Assembly (NCBI RefSeq): GCF_037042905.1
Contig: NC_087261.1
Coordinates: 23,188,001-23,252,000 of the forward strand
Direction: 5' to 3'
DNA: 64,000 nucleotides
DNA from: Lytechinus pictus
Taxonomy: Eukaryota
The notes beneath the pieces were generated by a model. It saw only the letters and a list, made by a program, of their open reading frames with translations, had not been told where the DNA came from and did not search any database. Shown in pieces: positions 40,646 through 51,535 of this stretch. Positions within the stretch are counted from its first letter, which is position 1. Each line of letters begins with the position of its first letter. The position numbers and the translations under genes are program-made.

Positions 40646-43600
40646 TCATTCTATTACTTCGTCACTATCAGTTTTGGAGTATAATTCTAACGTTTGATTT
40701 CCTGAACCTGCTGAACGATGTACGTTCCTTGAATAGTATACTTGCATGTTCTCGACGTCGAGTGAATCTTCCAATTTTGCTCCACCGATCGGTGCAGGGT
40801 CATTTTCATTGGCATATGCTTTTGAAGGTTCGTCTTTCATATCACATTTCGGTAAACGTGAAGAGTAATAGACCTTTGGCGTAGGATTCGGCACGGGATG
40901 TATGTCAGGTTCTGCCAAAAGGTATCCATCCTCAGCAATCCTGTTCACCCTCGCAGGACCTTTGAATTGACTTCGCTCGAGCTTGGGGTAAGTATACTCG
41001 TGGATCTCATCAACAGAGGGAGTACTTCTTACAGGATCCCCTTGACCTGAGTCAAGGTACTCGTGGCCCAGGGCGATGCCAACCGAAGGTACAGAACTTT
41101 CTACAAAGTCCGGCTCATGGTAGATTCTTTCCTGTAATACATCATCCGATGTTGGCGTTGGTTGCACAGCTTCTTTCGGAATGTTCGGCAGTTCCGGCAT
41201 TATCTTTGGAGGCTTGGATTCTCCTTTTAGGGGAACTTCTTCTTGAATTGTCTTACCATGGACACCTATTCGGTAACGATCATTGACAGTTGCTTGTCTG
41301 TCTGCTCTGCTTGTGTCTTTCACTGAAAGGGGCCTTTGCGCGGCGTGCTTTCGTCGACAATATACCAATATACCAACAGCAACAGACAGTAAGACAAGTG
41401 ATACTGCAGTGCAGACTGGTATGATGATTGGAACACGTAAATCTGAAGGAGAATCTATATACATGTAGGAAATAAACAAACAACAAAATAGTAAAATGAA
41501 AAAGGAGAGGACCGTAAAGTATGCAAATGTGTATCATCGTTTTGTCTGACAATTTACCTACCCCCCAAAAAAAAATCGACAAGTTGTACATTAAATGAAT
41601 GAATAAATAAACACATAATAAATAAATAAATGAATAAATACATGAATAAATAAGTGAATAAATGAATGAATAAATAAATAAATAAATAGGTAAATGAAGC
41701 GAACTAGACTGAAGAGGAAATAATAACAATAACAGTTAAAATGAATAAAGTGGTGTATTTATGAGTCAAAAGTTAATCTTATTCTACTCTGTATATACAA
41801 GCAGATGGAATATAACCACTGATAAAGGAGAACAGGAGGTTCATTGAATAATACATCAAGAGCTGAGCGACTGATATGGTGTTGCGATGTCAATCATAAG
41901 TCTTACTATTAATTGTCAATTTGTTACTGATCGCTTGTCTTATTTTTAATCAACAAGTATGAAGTGATTGGCTTTCGTGAATATTGATGTTTCACTAGTT
42001 CATTGGCAACTTACCACTTGACTGGATATTGATAATCTTGATTGTAGACATCCTCTCGTTACTCTGGTCGAAGGGGTTTTTGCAAATAATGTTCAATGAT
42101 ACCGAAGCGTTCACTGCAAGTAAGAAGAAATAACAAAAAAAAATCAATTCTAGATTAGAAGCACTATCAATAGACTAGGTCATAATTGTATTTCGCGCAT
42201 GAACAGAAACGTCGTTTGAATTTTGATATCCAAGGTGGGCCACAAAGTGAATGACAGTAGTAGATATTTTAATGATGATCAAACTTGTCCATTAAATTGT
42301 TAAAAAATACTTATTTTTAGCTAAATCTACTGAAAAGCAACATCTGAAAATATCCCCAAGAACATGGACCTACTAGTAGGTCCGTGCCAAGAATAACCAA
42401 CGTGCCAACGGTGCCAGAGTAATAGCATATTTCCAAATTCGATCACTGACGTATCATTGTAGCCATATTCTCTCTCAATTTGAAAAGCGTTTGTTTTTTA
42501 TCCTAATCTGCTAATGAAAATAGGCCGCATGCCATGTAATAAAATTTGGTCATGGGGCAACCTAGACATTGCTGTCATGCTCGAAACTGAAGATAACGGA
42601 TAATAACATGAATTGTGGTGATTCAAATTCAGATTCGAGAACATCAATATGAATATTGGTGGATACTACTGATATTACTACTGATAACAATACAACGAGA
42701 CCCATCATTACGATCATTATATTTGAAATCAAACATCTGTGATAGATGTTTGATACCGATTGGATGAAAAGCAGTGTTAAAGAAACCTACATTTTACATT
42801 TAAAAAAAGATTTTGCAGAGAGCAATAACAGAATCATTCTGTAAATTCTCAAAACAGGAACTTTTCTGCAATTTAACAGAACAGGACTGTTTAAAAAAAA
42901 AAGGAAAATTATGTTTTATTTCAGGAAATGTGTAGGATTCCATACATCAAATACATATTTTCTGTAATTTTACATGAAACAATGTAAGATCTGGTATTGA
43001 TTACAGGTGGTCTCGAGACTCTGCTGCAGGAACTTTTTTAAGGATATATTTTCTAACAGTGTATGTTACAATTATATTATTGCTGTCAAGTATATCAGTT
43101 ACAGGGATTTCTACTTATTCTATTTTTTGTCTGTGCGTTACCTTTGTAAAGAGACATGGTTCTGTACCCTCCACAGAAGCTGTCCCGGTCTCCAATGCAG
43201 GGGACACCACACCGGCTGTCTTCCAGGGACTTGCCAAGACATCCTTGTTCCCCATGAGGACAGGAGCAGGAGCACTCTACCATGGAGAGAATGGCGGCAA
43301 AGGCAAACCCTCTTTCCTCGCAGGCTCTACTGCAAGTATTTGGAGAGTTCATACGCTTGTCTTTGAAGGTAACGTTGTAATCTTGGTCCAGGCAGCCGAT
43401 GTTGTAGCACCCGACGTAGTCCCCGACTGAACAAAAACAAAATACCACAGTATAGCACATCTCATTTTTTGTGACGAATTCTTCAAACGATAAGGCCTAG
43501 AGGTATTTAGCAAAGCTGAACAGCCAAAAATGTCAAAACGTATCTGCATGTCGAATTTCCGGGGGGGGGGGTCAGGAGCCCAAAGGTCATACATCATATT

Positions 43601-43946
43601 GAACTTTTTTGTTCGTATATAAACGCACGCATTAAACGCATTAAAATGACTTCCCTGTTACTTTCCCCCAACATGCCTTTCTCTAAAGGTCTTACGTTAC
43701 ACACATCCTACTGTAATTATGGACACTACAAACAAATCCCTGAATAGTTTGACATGAAGCTTCAGCGAGATAGAGAGAGAAAAAAAATAATAAACTGGTA
43801 GAAATTACAAAATTGATACAACTCCTACCTAAGGAACATCGGCCATCGCAGTTCGAATTGTCATTCTCACTTGTAGAATTTTCCTTTTGGCTTCTGCACA
43901 GTGGAATTAAGATGAAATATAAAATTCCTATCAGCAAAGTATCCAT
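40646..43946 (-). CDS. WSC-domain single-pass receptor-like gene D (~436 aa)
   Basis: Exons 43946-43829 (MDTLLIGILYFILIPLCRS.., donor G|GTAGGA), 43426-43142 (WSC GDYVGCY..CSRAC..CSCSC..CGVPC..FCGG..SLYK), 42113-42015 (stalk) and 41454 (or 41442)-40646 (TM IIIPVCTAVSLVLLSVAVGILVYC-RRK; tail IYHEP, HEYTYPKL, EDGYLL, VYYSSRL, VYYSRNV). All phase 1, total 1311 nt. Confidence 0.88.
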
Positions 43947-45718
43947 GTTGTTTTGAGACCCAACTCAAATGCATTGTACCTTGTTAAAGTTAACACTATC
44001 TTTAGTGAGAACATCGAAACTGAAATTATGACAATTATAAACGACAAAGGACTTGACGTCTCAATAAATGGCAAAGGATAAACTTTTCCCGCAGCTGCTT
44101 GCAACTGTGGTATTCGAAGCTCTAAATTTTACTAGATGCAACTGTCGGTGCGAGGCTAGAACCCTGTCGGGCGACCAACAAAAGCAATCATCGTGCGATT
44201 GTGGCACGTCGACGCGCTATTCAATGCAATAGCTCGCACGATTCGAACGGATCGACGGTCGAGTCGCTCTTGAACAGTTGTATTCAGAGACCATATGCAT
44301 GATCTATTGAAACCAATTCGTGATTTCAACCCATATAAGCCGTACAGACACTACACGATCCACTTGCGAAAAAATATAAATATTTCCACATATTGATAAC
44401 TTAAGACTTAAATATTAAAATAATGGCATGGAACCTAAAAATCGATAGTCCATCCTCTCTCTATAAAAAAAAATGAGAACACACCCTTCTCCAAATCCCG
44501 ATGACGTTATCATGGGTTGCAATTAAAAACTTATTTGGAATTTAATCTGAAAAGAGAAGAGTTGTGGTGAAAATACATACTAGCAACCATTGTACAGAAC
44601 CTCAAGTTTTTTATAACTTTTGAGTGGAATCTGAATTTCATAAATGTACAATTCATTCCATTGTGCTTCGTCGAGATAAACTCTACTTCCCGAGATCGAA
44701 AAATGGCGATGTTTTTGGATATCATCATAGAATAAAGTGATGATTTGGGATATTGTAACGGGGGGGGGGGAATCTTAATCAGTTGTGAAAATCTGAATTA
44801 TCGTCAAATAATTTTTTTTAAGTCTTGGATATCTGTTTTTTTAATCATATTTCACATATCTACACACACCATGATATTTCATTACTATTGACATTATCTC
44901 TCTTAATGAGTTAACTATTTAATCTAAATTGCTCTTAAGGTTTATTTTCAATATTTTGCTATTATTTCACTAAATTCTGATAACATCTTCATAAGTTGTA
45001 ATACAACAAAAACAAATAATCAAAAATGTTTTCCCGGCAGCAAAGTTGGAATACTTAGAAAGGGTATCTAACGATTTTAATCATAACTAATTTGTTACGG
45101 GAAATACTATTTCTAACCAATTTCTAAAAAAGAAATCCAGCATGACGCAATTTTTACTACATGTTATTTTTTTTCTCAGAAAATCTGAGACCTAAAAGTA
45201 CACGGAGTTAAACTTAGAAATGGACCCTCTTCATTATTCCTTATCTCATCTTTAATTGATTATATCGTGCATTAAATACACAATTTTCAATATCAATCGA
45301 AAGATACTTGCACTTTATTTGACGTCAAAACGTTGTGTGAAGAATAGGGTGTTGGGGAAAGAATTCAGGGAAAAAAGACTGGGAATCAGGATATATTAAT
45401 TTCATTCCGGCAAGTGATAAACGGATATTACTTCCGCCGGGGTATAAAGTGTACCTGAGACAGGTTCAACCAGAACATTCTATAAACAGGCTTAAGTTTT
45501 AATAAATCATATATTTAAAGGATAGTTAAATTCATCGTTATTTGGTGCCAAAAGGGTGGCTTTTTAACACGTGAGGATCCCCATTTGCCTAGGGTTAGAT
45601 AAAACGATCATGATGACCATATTGCATTGTGCAAGAATTTTCTTTAGGGCGGTCCACGTGGTGTTTTGCCCATTTTATATTAAATGAAGTATTTATGTGA
45701 ATGTCTCGGAAAAACTTT

Positions 45719-46110
45719 ACGAACTTTGGACTATTTTGGCAAACAATGAAACTCCCTAGTACCGGCCTGGAACTCGATATAGCCGTTAACCAAACAAACC
45801 TTGCGTATCTTAAGGTCCAATATACAGTTTTAATAGATCCTAGTCTTATAATAAACACATTCTATGGTCACCTATTTTTACCGGGGATCTCCGGTATTTT
45901 AGATGAGTCATTCGAATTAACTTTTATCCATCAGAAATGGGCTTTTGCTCAGTAGAAGTTATGGTGCTTTAAAGGGGAGCGGAAATTGTGTGTTTTTATT
46001 TAGAAGGAACTGGGTCCCAGATCCGCTTTTTCCCTCATCAAGAATAGGCTTTGACCTCACAGCTTCCCGGCAAAATATGACATAATCAATGCAGCGAGGG
46101 TATATAAGAG
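45719..46110 (+). promoter_or_regulatory. Proximal promoter of IL-17 gene a: kB-like GGGGATCTCC (45883-45892), TATATAA (46101-46107)
   Basis: Block aligns in inverse to 55702-56091 upstream of paralog b; both motifs are retained in both copies. Confidence 0.7.
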
Positions 46111-46332
46111 CTTGGGATTAGGTTGACTAGTAAGAAACACCTGAGCAAATCTGAAGCATCTAGTTAAAGAAAGAGGTTCCTGTAGTTCATCTAATTCTGA
46201 TTCACTTAAAAGAAAAAAAAGAGGCTAAGTTGGTCAAAGGCACTCTTTGAACAAAAGACAAAAAAGGCTGATAGATACCAACGCGGGCGAAATCAAGAAT
46301 CTTCACACCCTAGTTGTAAATACACGTTTTTG

Positions 46333-47557
46333 ATGATGAAGGTACGTAAAAACTTCAAACTATCCTTCTACCTCTATTTGCTCACAACCGCTTATTTAAT
46401 TTCTACCCCTCCACTCTCTCACTCTCTCTCTCTCCAGCCCCCCTCCCTTCACTCCCTCTCTCTATTCCCAATTTTCTCACATCCCTTTCATTTGTTTTAT
46501 ATCCCAATATCATCATTAGATTCCTTGACATGATTCCCTAAAAAATTATTTACGTATCTTAATTAGTAGTTATTTTGTTTTCTTTAGCAAATTACGTTTT
46601 CGTGACTTCAAAAAAACAATTTATATAATACAGCATTAAGCTCTGTTTAATTAAGGTCAAGTAATTCAGGTTTGGCATCCTTTACGTAAACATGTCTACT
46701 GTAGGTAGGAACATGTGGTTGCAAACTTTAAAGAGGGGGGGGGGGTGAAATTGCCCGCAACAATACCATATGCATTTCGATCCTTCATATTAAAGCATGT
46801 GTACAAGAAAAATTACAGTTATGGTTTATGATGATACTTTCTTATATAAGTACGGGTATATTATGAATCATTGAGGGATTATGATAGAGATAGATGATTG
46901 TATTTACATGTATACTCCTAAAAAGCTGTTTATCCTGAACATACAGTTATTTTTTTTCTCTCTTTCATATTTTGTTTTCTTCCCCAGATCTGTCTTGTAA
47001 TCGTCGCTCTTATTCACACTGTCGCATCGTCACCTGTGCCAGCATCGTCATCATCAACATCGTCATCATCGCCGTATTGTCTTCCAATGAACCAAGCTGA
47101 CTACGAATCACGAGAAAGAAACGGCCATCTCTTCTATCCAAACCAAGATGCATTCGCCGTTCAGAGTTTTAATATTAGCGACGTGGACCTGGGAAGGAAA
47201 GAAGCATCAAGCTGTCCGTATGATGGCCTTTCCAGCGCGAAGAGCTGCCCGAACGGCGCCAAACCAAGTGCTTCTGAACCAACCAACGCCAACCAGGATG
47301 GACTGTGCCCGTGGACCTACGTCGAGTGCTTCGACCCCGATCGCATCCCGATGTCAATTAGCATGGCGCAGTGTCAATGTTCAGCGTGTTTAGACCCTTA
47401 CACCCATATGGCTGATCCTAACTTGCGATGCCAACCTATCTTTCATAATATGAAAGTCCTGAGAAAAACCCAGTGTGTGGATGGTCTCTTTCGATATGAG
47501 GAGGAGACTATCAATATACCGGTAGCGTGTGCATGTATGAGACAACGAGTTGCTTAA
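46333..47557 (+). CDS. IL17: Interleukin-17 family cytokine, copy a (~192 aa, secreted)
   Basis: Micro-exon ATG ATG AAG|GTACGT (46333-46341) plus exon 46988-47557 (ccccAG|ICLVIVALIHTVAS signal peptide). Cystine-knot IL-17 pattern CPWTY..DPDRIP..AQCQC..C..C.P..VL..RYE..IPVACAC. Confidence 0.93.
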
Positions 47558-48100
47558 ACTTGTCCCGTGCTGAGCAAGAAAAAACCCGCCAAAATACCAA
47601 AGATGACCATCACCTTGCCTCATTTACCATCTATAATAAATTATTTAATATCAGAGATATATTTTGTATTCATATGTAATATTTTTATTTTTGGCCTTTT
47701 AATTTATTCTTATATTTGTCAGAAATATTCATTAATTCAAACTATATTTGAAGCGATATTTGTGCAAAATATATATTTATTGTTATAATATTTCATACTT
47801 AATCACTGATATTTTTTTACCTTTGTCTTTATTTTTATATGTGTGTTTAAGCAGGTTTTGATAAACAGGTTCTGTTTTGGAAACAGCTTACTCGTAGACC
47901 ATGTCAGTTTGGCAAATGTGTGTATCCACTGTGTGGAGTGTTTGTTGCGAAGTGATGATTTCTTCAATCCCGTAGTTATAACTTATATTCTTTACATGTA
48001 TAGGATTACCAACGTGATGTATTACACATGACAAGGATTTTGTTTTCTTAATCCGAAGTCTGATGCTTATTGTATTTATTGTTTGACATTTAGACCAATA

Positions 48101-48332
48101 TGTGTATGCTATGTAACTTATTTGTATTTATCCAAATTATTGATAGTTTTCATATCACATTTGTACAATATATATATATATATATTATGTCAATATGAAA
48201 GGACTGATATTTGTTGTGTATGCTATGTAACTTATTTGTATTTATCCAAATTATTAAAAGTTTTCATATCACATTTGTACAATATATATATATATATACT
48301 ATGTCAATATAAAAGGACTGATATTTATTGTT
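48101..48332. repeat. Near-perfect tandem duplication of a ~116-bp unit
   Basis: tgtgtatgctatgtaacttatttg...aaggactgatattt occurs twice. Confidence 0.9.
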
Positions 48333-48499
48333 TGTAGAATAATGTTTCTTTTGCTGCTTTATCATTATTATAAATATTTTTGCGTTTTAGAACGTTTTGC
48401 ATAAACTGTTTCTGTGAAGCAAACAGCGTGCTCGTAGACAGTGTCAAGTTTGGCAAATGCTTGTATCCATTGTGTGGAGTGTTTGTTTACGAAGTTAGA

Positions 48500-48905
48500 A
48501 ATCGAAATGTATTTTGACAGACATGGCATCAATACTAGAAATTACAACTCCTAAAACGCAATCTTGCCAAAATCCAATAAGGAAATTTTCAAACTCTCAT
48601 CAATATATGCTGCTATAAAAGTCTGGAACTTTTCTTATTTCTACATATTTCTTAAGTGAATTCTTATACATATACTTTGTTTTTACTTTGTAATTCATTT
48701 AGATTACTATATTATTTTTGTAACTCTCTATCATCTACTCTCTAGTCATTTTGTTATATTGAATTGAATTTGTTATCTTTATATTTGGATGATTCTTTTT
48801 CATATATTCAATCTTTTAAGTTGTTGTATCAGGACCATGATGTAAAACAGCTGTGCTGATCATGTTTTAATCCTGTATAAATAAATTCAAATAAATACAT
48901 AAATT
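48500..48905 (+). mobile_element. Decayed 3' end of a CR1-group LINE
   Basis: Remnant ..AAIKVWN.. motif, 3' stem-loop caggaccatgatgtaaaacagctgtgctgatcatgttttaatcctg, and an (aaat)n-like tail. Confidence 0.55.
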
Positions 48906-49904
48906 TAATTTAAGTAAACGGTTGCCTTTTTTAATTGTTTAGCACGTCTACAGTCTTGATTTGAATACATGAACTGTCGTTATTGTTTTAAATAGTCAAA
49001 ATATATTAATCCTATATTATGTCTAAAAAATGATCTAAATTTTCAAACGATACAAACGTAATTCTTTCTTTGAAACACCAGCTTCTTTATATCATTCACT
49101 GTTAAATGTATATAGGGTACCAGTAGTATGACGCCTCTCTCATGTATCTTGTGCAAGTTGTCCAAAGGACATCGTTTATGCTATACTATTGGATTTATAC
49201 TAATTTAGGCTTCATAGCCATTATCATTATCCTATCAACTGTTTTCTTCAATATTGTTAACATGCATGTGTTAAAATTCAAATTACACAGTAAATTATTT
49301 ATGGATATTCCAAAAAAAAACATTTGTTTGTTATTTTATTATCAGGTTTTCCACTGTCATGACTATATGGTGATTATACTGCTTGTCGACCTAACGCTGG
49401 GCTTTTGCTCTAAAAAAGAATATACATATCATTTAGATTTGATGTTCTTGATGCGTTTGTTTGTAGATTTATTTGAGTAAATGGGTAACTTTGAAAAAAA
49501 AAGGCTGACCAGAACGTTTGTTTTCTCTCCCTATTATTTGTTAAATTTTACAAGAAGTGATAAAAGGAACTTTTGGCTTATTACCGCCCCCGTTAAAAAT
49601 ATAATATAACTTAAATAAAAGAGGAAAATAATGTTTTTGTGCATTTTAAAAACCTCGAAATCTAAAAGTACATTTTAAAACGAGAAAAGGAAGGGAAACA
49701 AATCGAAAATAATGTAATTTTGCAACGTGAGTGTGTGTGAAGATTAGGTATGTGTGTGCGTACGTGCGGAAGGGTATATATAATTATGTTAAATGTGTTT
49801 GGGTGTGAATGCCACGGTGTAGGTGCGTATGTGGGGTTGTCTGTGTGTCCATAAAATTCTAAGGGTTATTCAGGATGTGCTGTATGTGAACGTGTATATT
49901 AGTT

Positions 49905-50370
49905 GCGGAGGTGCGGTGGCCGAGTTGTCTACACTGTAAAAAATATTGGTTTTTTTTTTTACCACCACGAGGGTAATTATATGTCCAACCAATTTGGGGC
50001 AGTATTTTACCCAATGCGGGAAGCATGTTGTCAAGTAAGGTTCAAGATACAAGCAACAATTACTTTAGAACGGGCAAAATTTTCATCACACTTGATAAAT
50101 GAAAATGCCCCAAAGAAATGCCAGAGTTGGGTAGACACTTAATTATCATCTTGGAGCACTGTTACCCACTATTTTTTACAGTGTAAGCCGCCTGACGAGA
50201 CACAAGCAAGTCTGGGTACGATCCTCGGCCATGGCACCGATATCCGGGAGCAAGGCATATAATTAACGGTGGTATATGCAATCCCCCTTAAAATGAATGA
50301 AATTGCTCTAGGCACTACTGGAAACAAAGAGTGCAATAAATAAATAAATAAATAATGACTAAATAATAAT
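49905..50370 (+). mobile_element. tRNA-derived SINE interrupted by a CACTG MITE (49932-50183)
   Basis: ggtggccgagttgtcTA|CACTGTAAAAAATA...TATTTTTTACAGTG|TAagccg. Removing the MITE restores a tRNA-like head (GGTGGCCGAGTTGTCTAAG..GGTACGATCC); (AAT)n tail. Confidence 0.75.
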
Positions 50371-50641
50371 AATAATAAACAGTTCTTGTATAGCCGTATC
50401 ACAATTATGAATAATATATCTATGCGCTTCCAAAGGACTTGTATATTATTACCCGAGCTGTAGCTTGGCAGCCGTAATTACTAAGATTACAGCGCACACG
50501 CATTTCAAGGAATACATTCCTGCCGGGTACCCATTTATCTCACCTGCAGCACAATGTGGATAAATTTCTTGCCGAAGGAAATTACGCCATGGCTGGGATT
50601 CGAACCCACGTTCCTCTGTTTCAAAGTCCGGAGACTAATCC
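50365..50641 (-). mobile_element. tRNA-derived SINE, 5' end in the gap
   Basis: Reverse strand GGGTTCGAATCCCAGCCATGG..aaatgggtaccc; same family as 5421-5650. Confidence 0.8.
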
Positions 50642-50979
50642 NNNNNNNNNNNNNNNNNNNNNNNNNNNNNNNNNNNNNNNNNNNNNNNNNNNNNNNNNNN
50701 NNNNNNNNNNNNNNNNNNNNNNNNNNNNNNNNNNNNNNNNNNNNNNNNNNNNNNNNNNNNNNNNNNNNNNNNNNNNNNNNNNNNNNNNNNNNNNNNNNNN
50801 NNNNNNNNNNNNNNNNNNNNNNNNNNNNNNNNNNNNNNNNNNNNNNNNNNNNNNNNNNNNNNNNNNNNNNNNNNNNNNNNNNNNNNNNNNNNNNNNNNNN
50901 NNNNNNNNNNNNNNNNNNNNNNNNNNNNNNNNNNNNNNNNNNNNNNNNNNNNNNNNNNNNNNNNNNNNNNNNNNNNNNN
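50642..50979. other. Assembly gap (N run)
   Basis: Run of N. Confidence 1.
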
Positions 50980-51535
50980 CACTCTTCATCTAGCCATTGA
51001 AGTGAACCAGAGTGAAATGAAAACGAAAGAAAGGAGAGGGAAAGAAAAAGAAATATTCATAATAAAAGTCATTAGTAGCGGAAGGATTAGTAGTGGTAGA
51101 TAACTATACTGCATCATGTCAGTATACTGCGGATAGTGGATATGACACACCTGAACGTGCCGCCAGCGCATACCTAGGCACGTAGGTTTGTAAATCCGTT
51201 TGCCTTATCCAATATCTTGACATCAAAAATCGCATTTGATTAAACAACTGTAACGGTATTCTTTATATTAACAATTTTATTTGTTAATTTGATCTTGATC
51301 TCTTTGTTTAATGCCTGATATATTGTGATGCACGTTGTAAACATTCGTCCCTATCAGCAACATGTTATTCCGATTTTTTCTTTTTTTCTTCTATAATATT
51401 ATTATCCTTTTGTCTGATTGTATGACCTTAATGCAAATTTTGTCAGTAGAATTGGTTATGTCAGCACACAAATCCGGTCTGTATATCGACGTACACGCAC
51501 ACCCGACCCTTCACATTCACCCACGCACCTCAGTT

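Noticed and set aside
7450-43946. WSC-TM genes as IL-17 receptors or Kremen orthologs
   Set aside because: No SEFIR/TIR or FnIII domains, and no kringle or CUB exons seen.
47148-47623. Overlapping alternative-frame and antisense ORFs conserved between IL-17a and IL-17b
   Set aside because: Conservation follows from the near-identity of the IL-17 exons; no independent support.
50554-51000. ORFs spanning N runs (also 9582-9912)
   Set aside because: Assembly gap artefacts.
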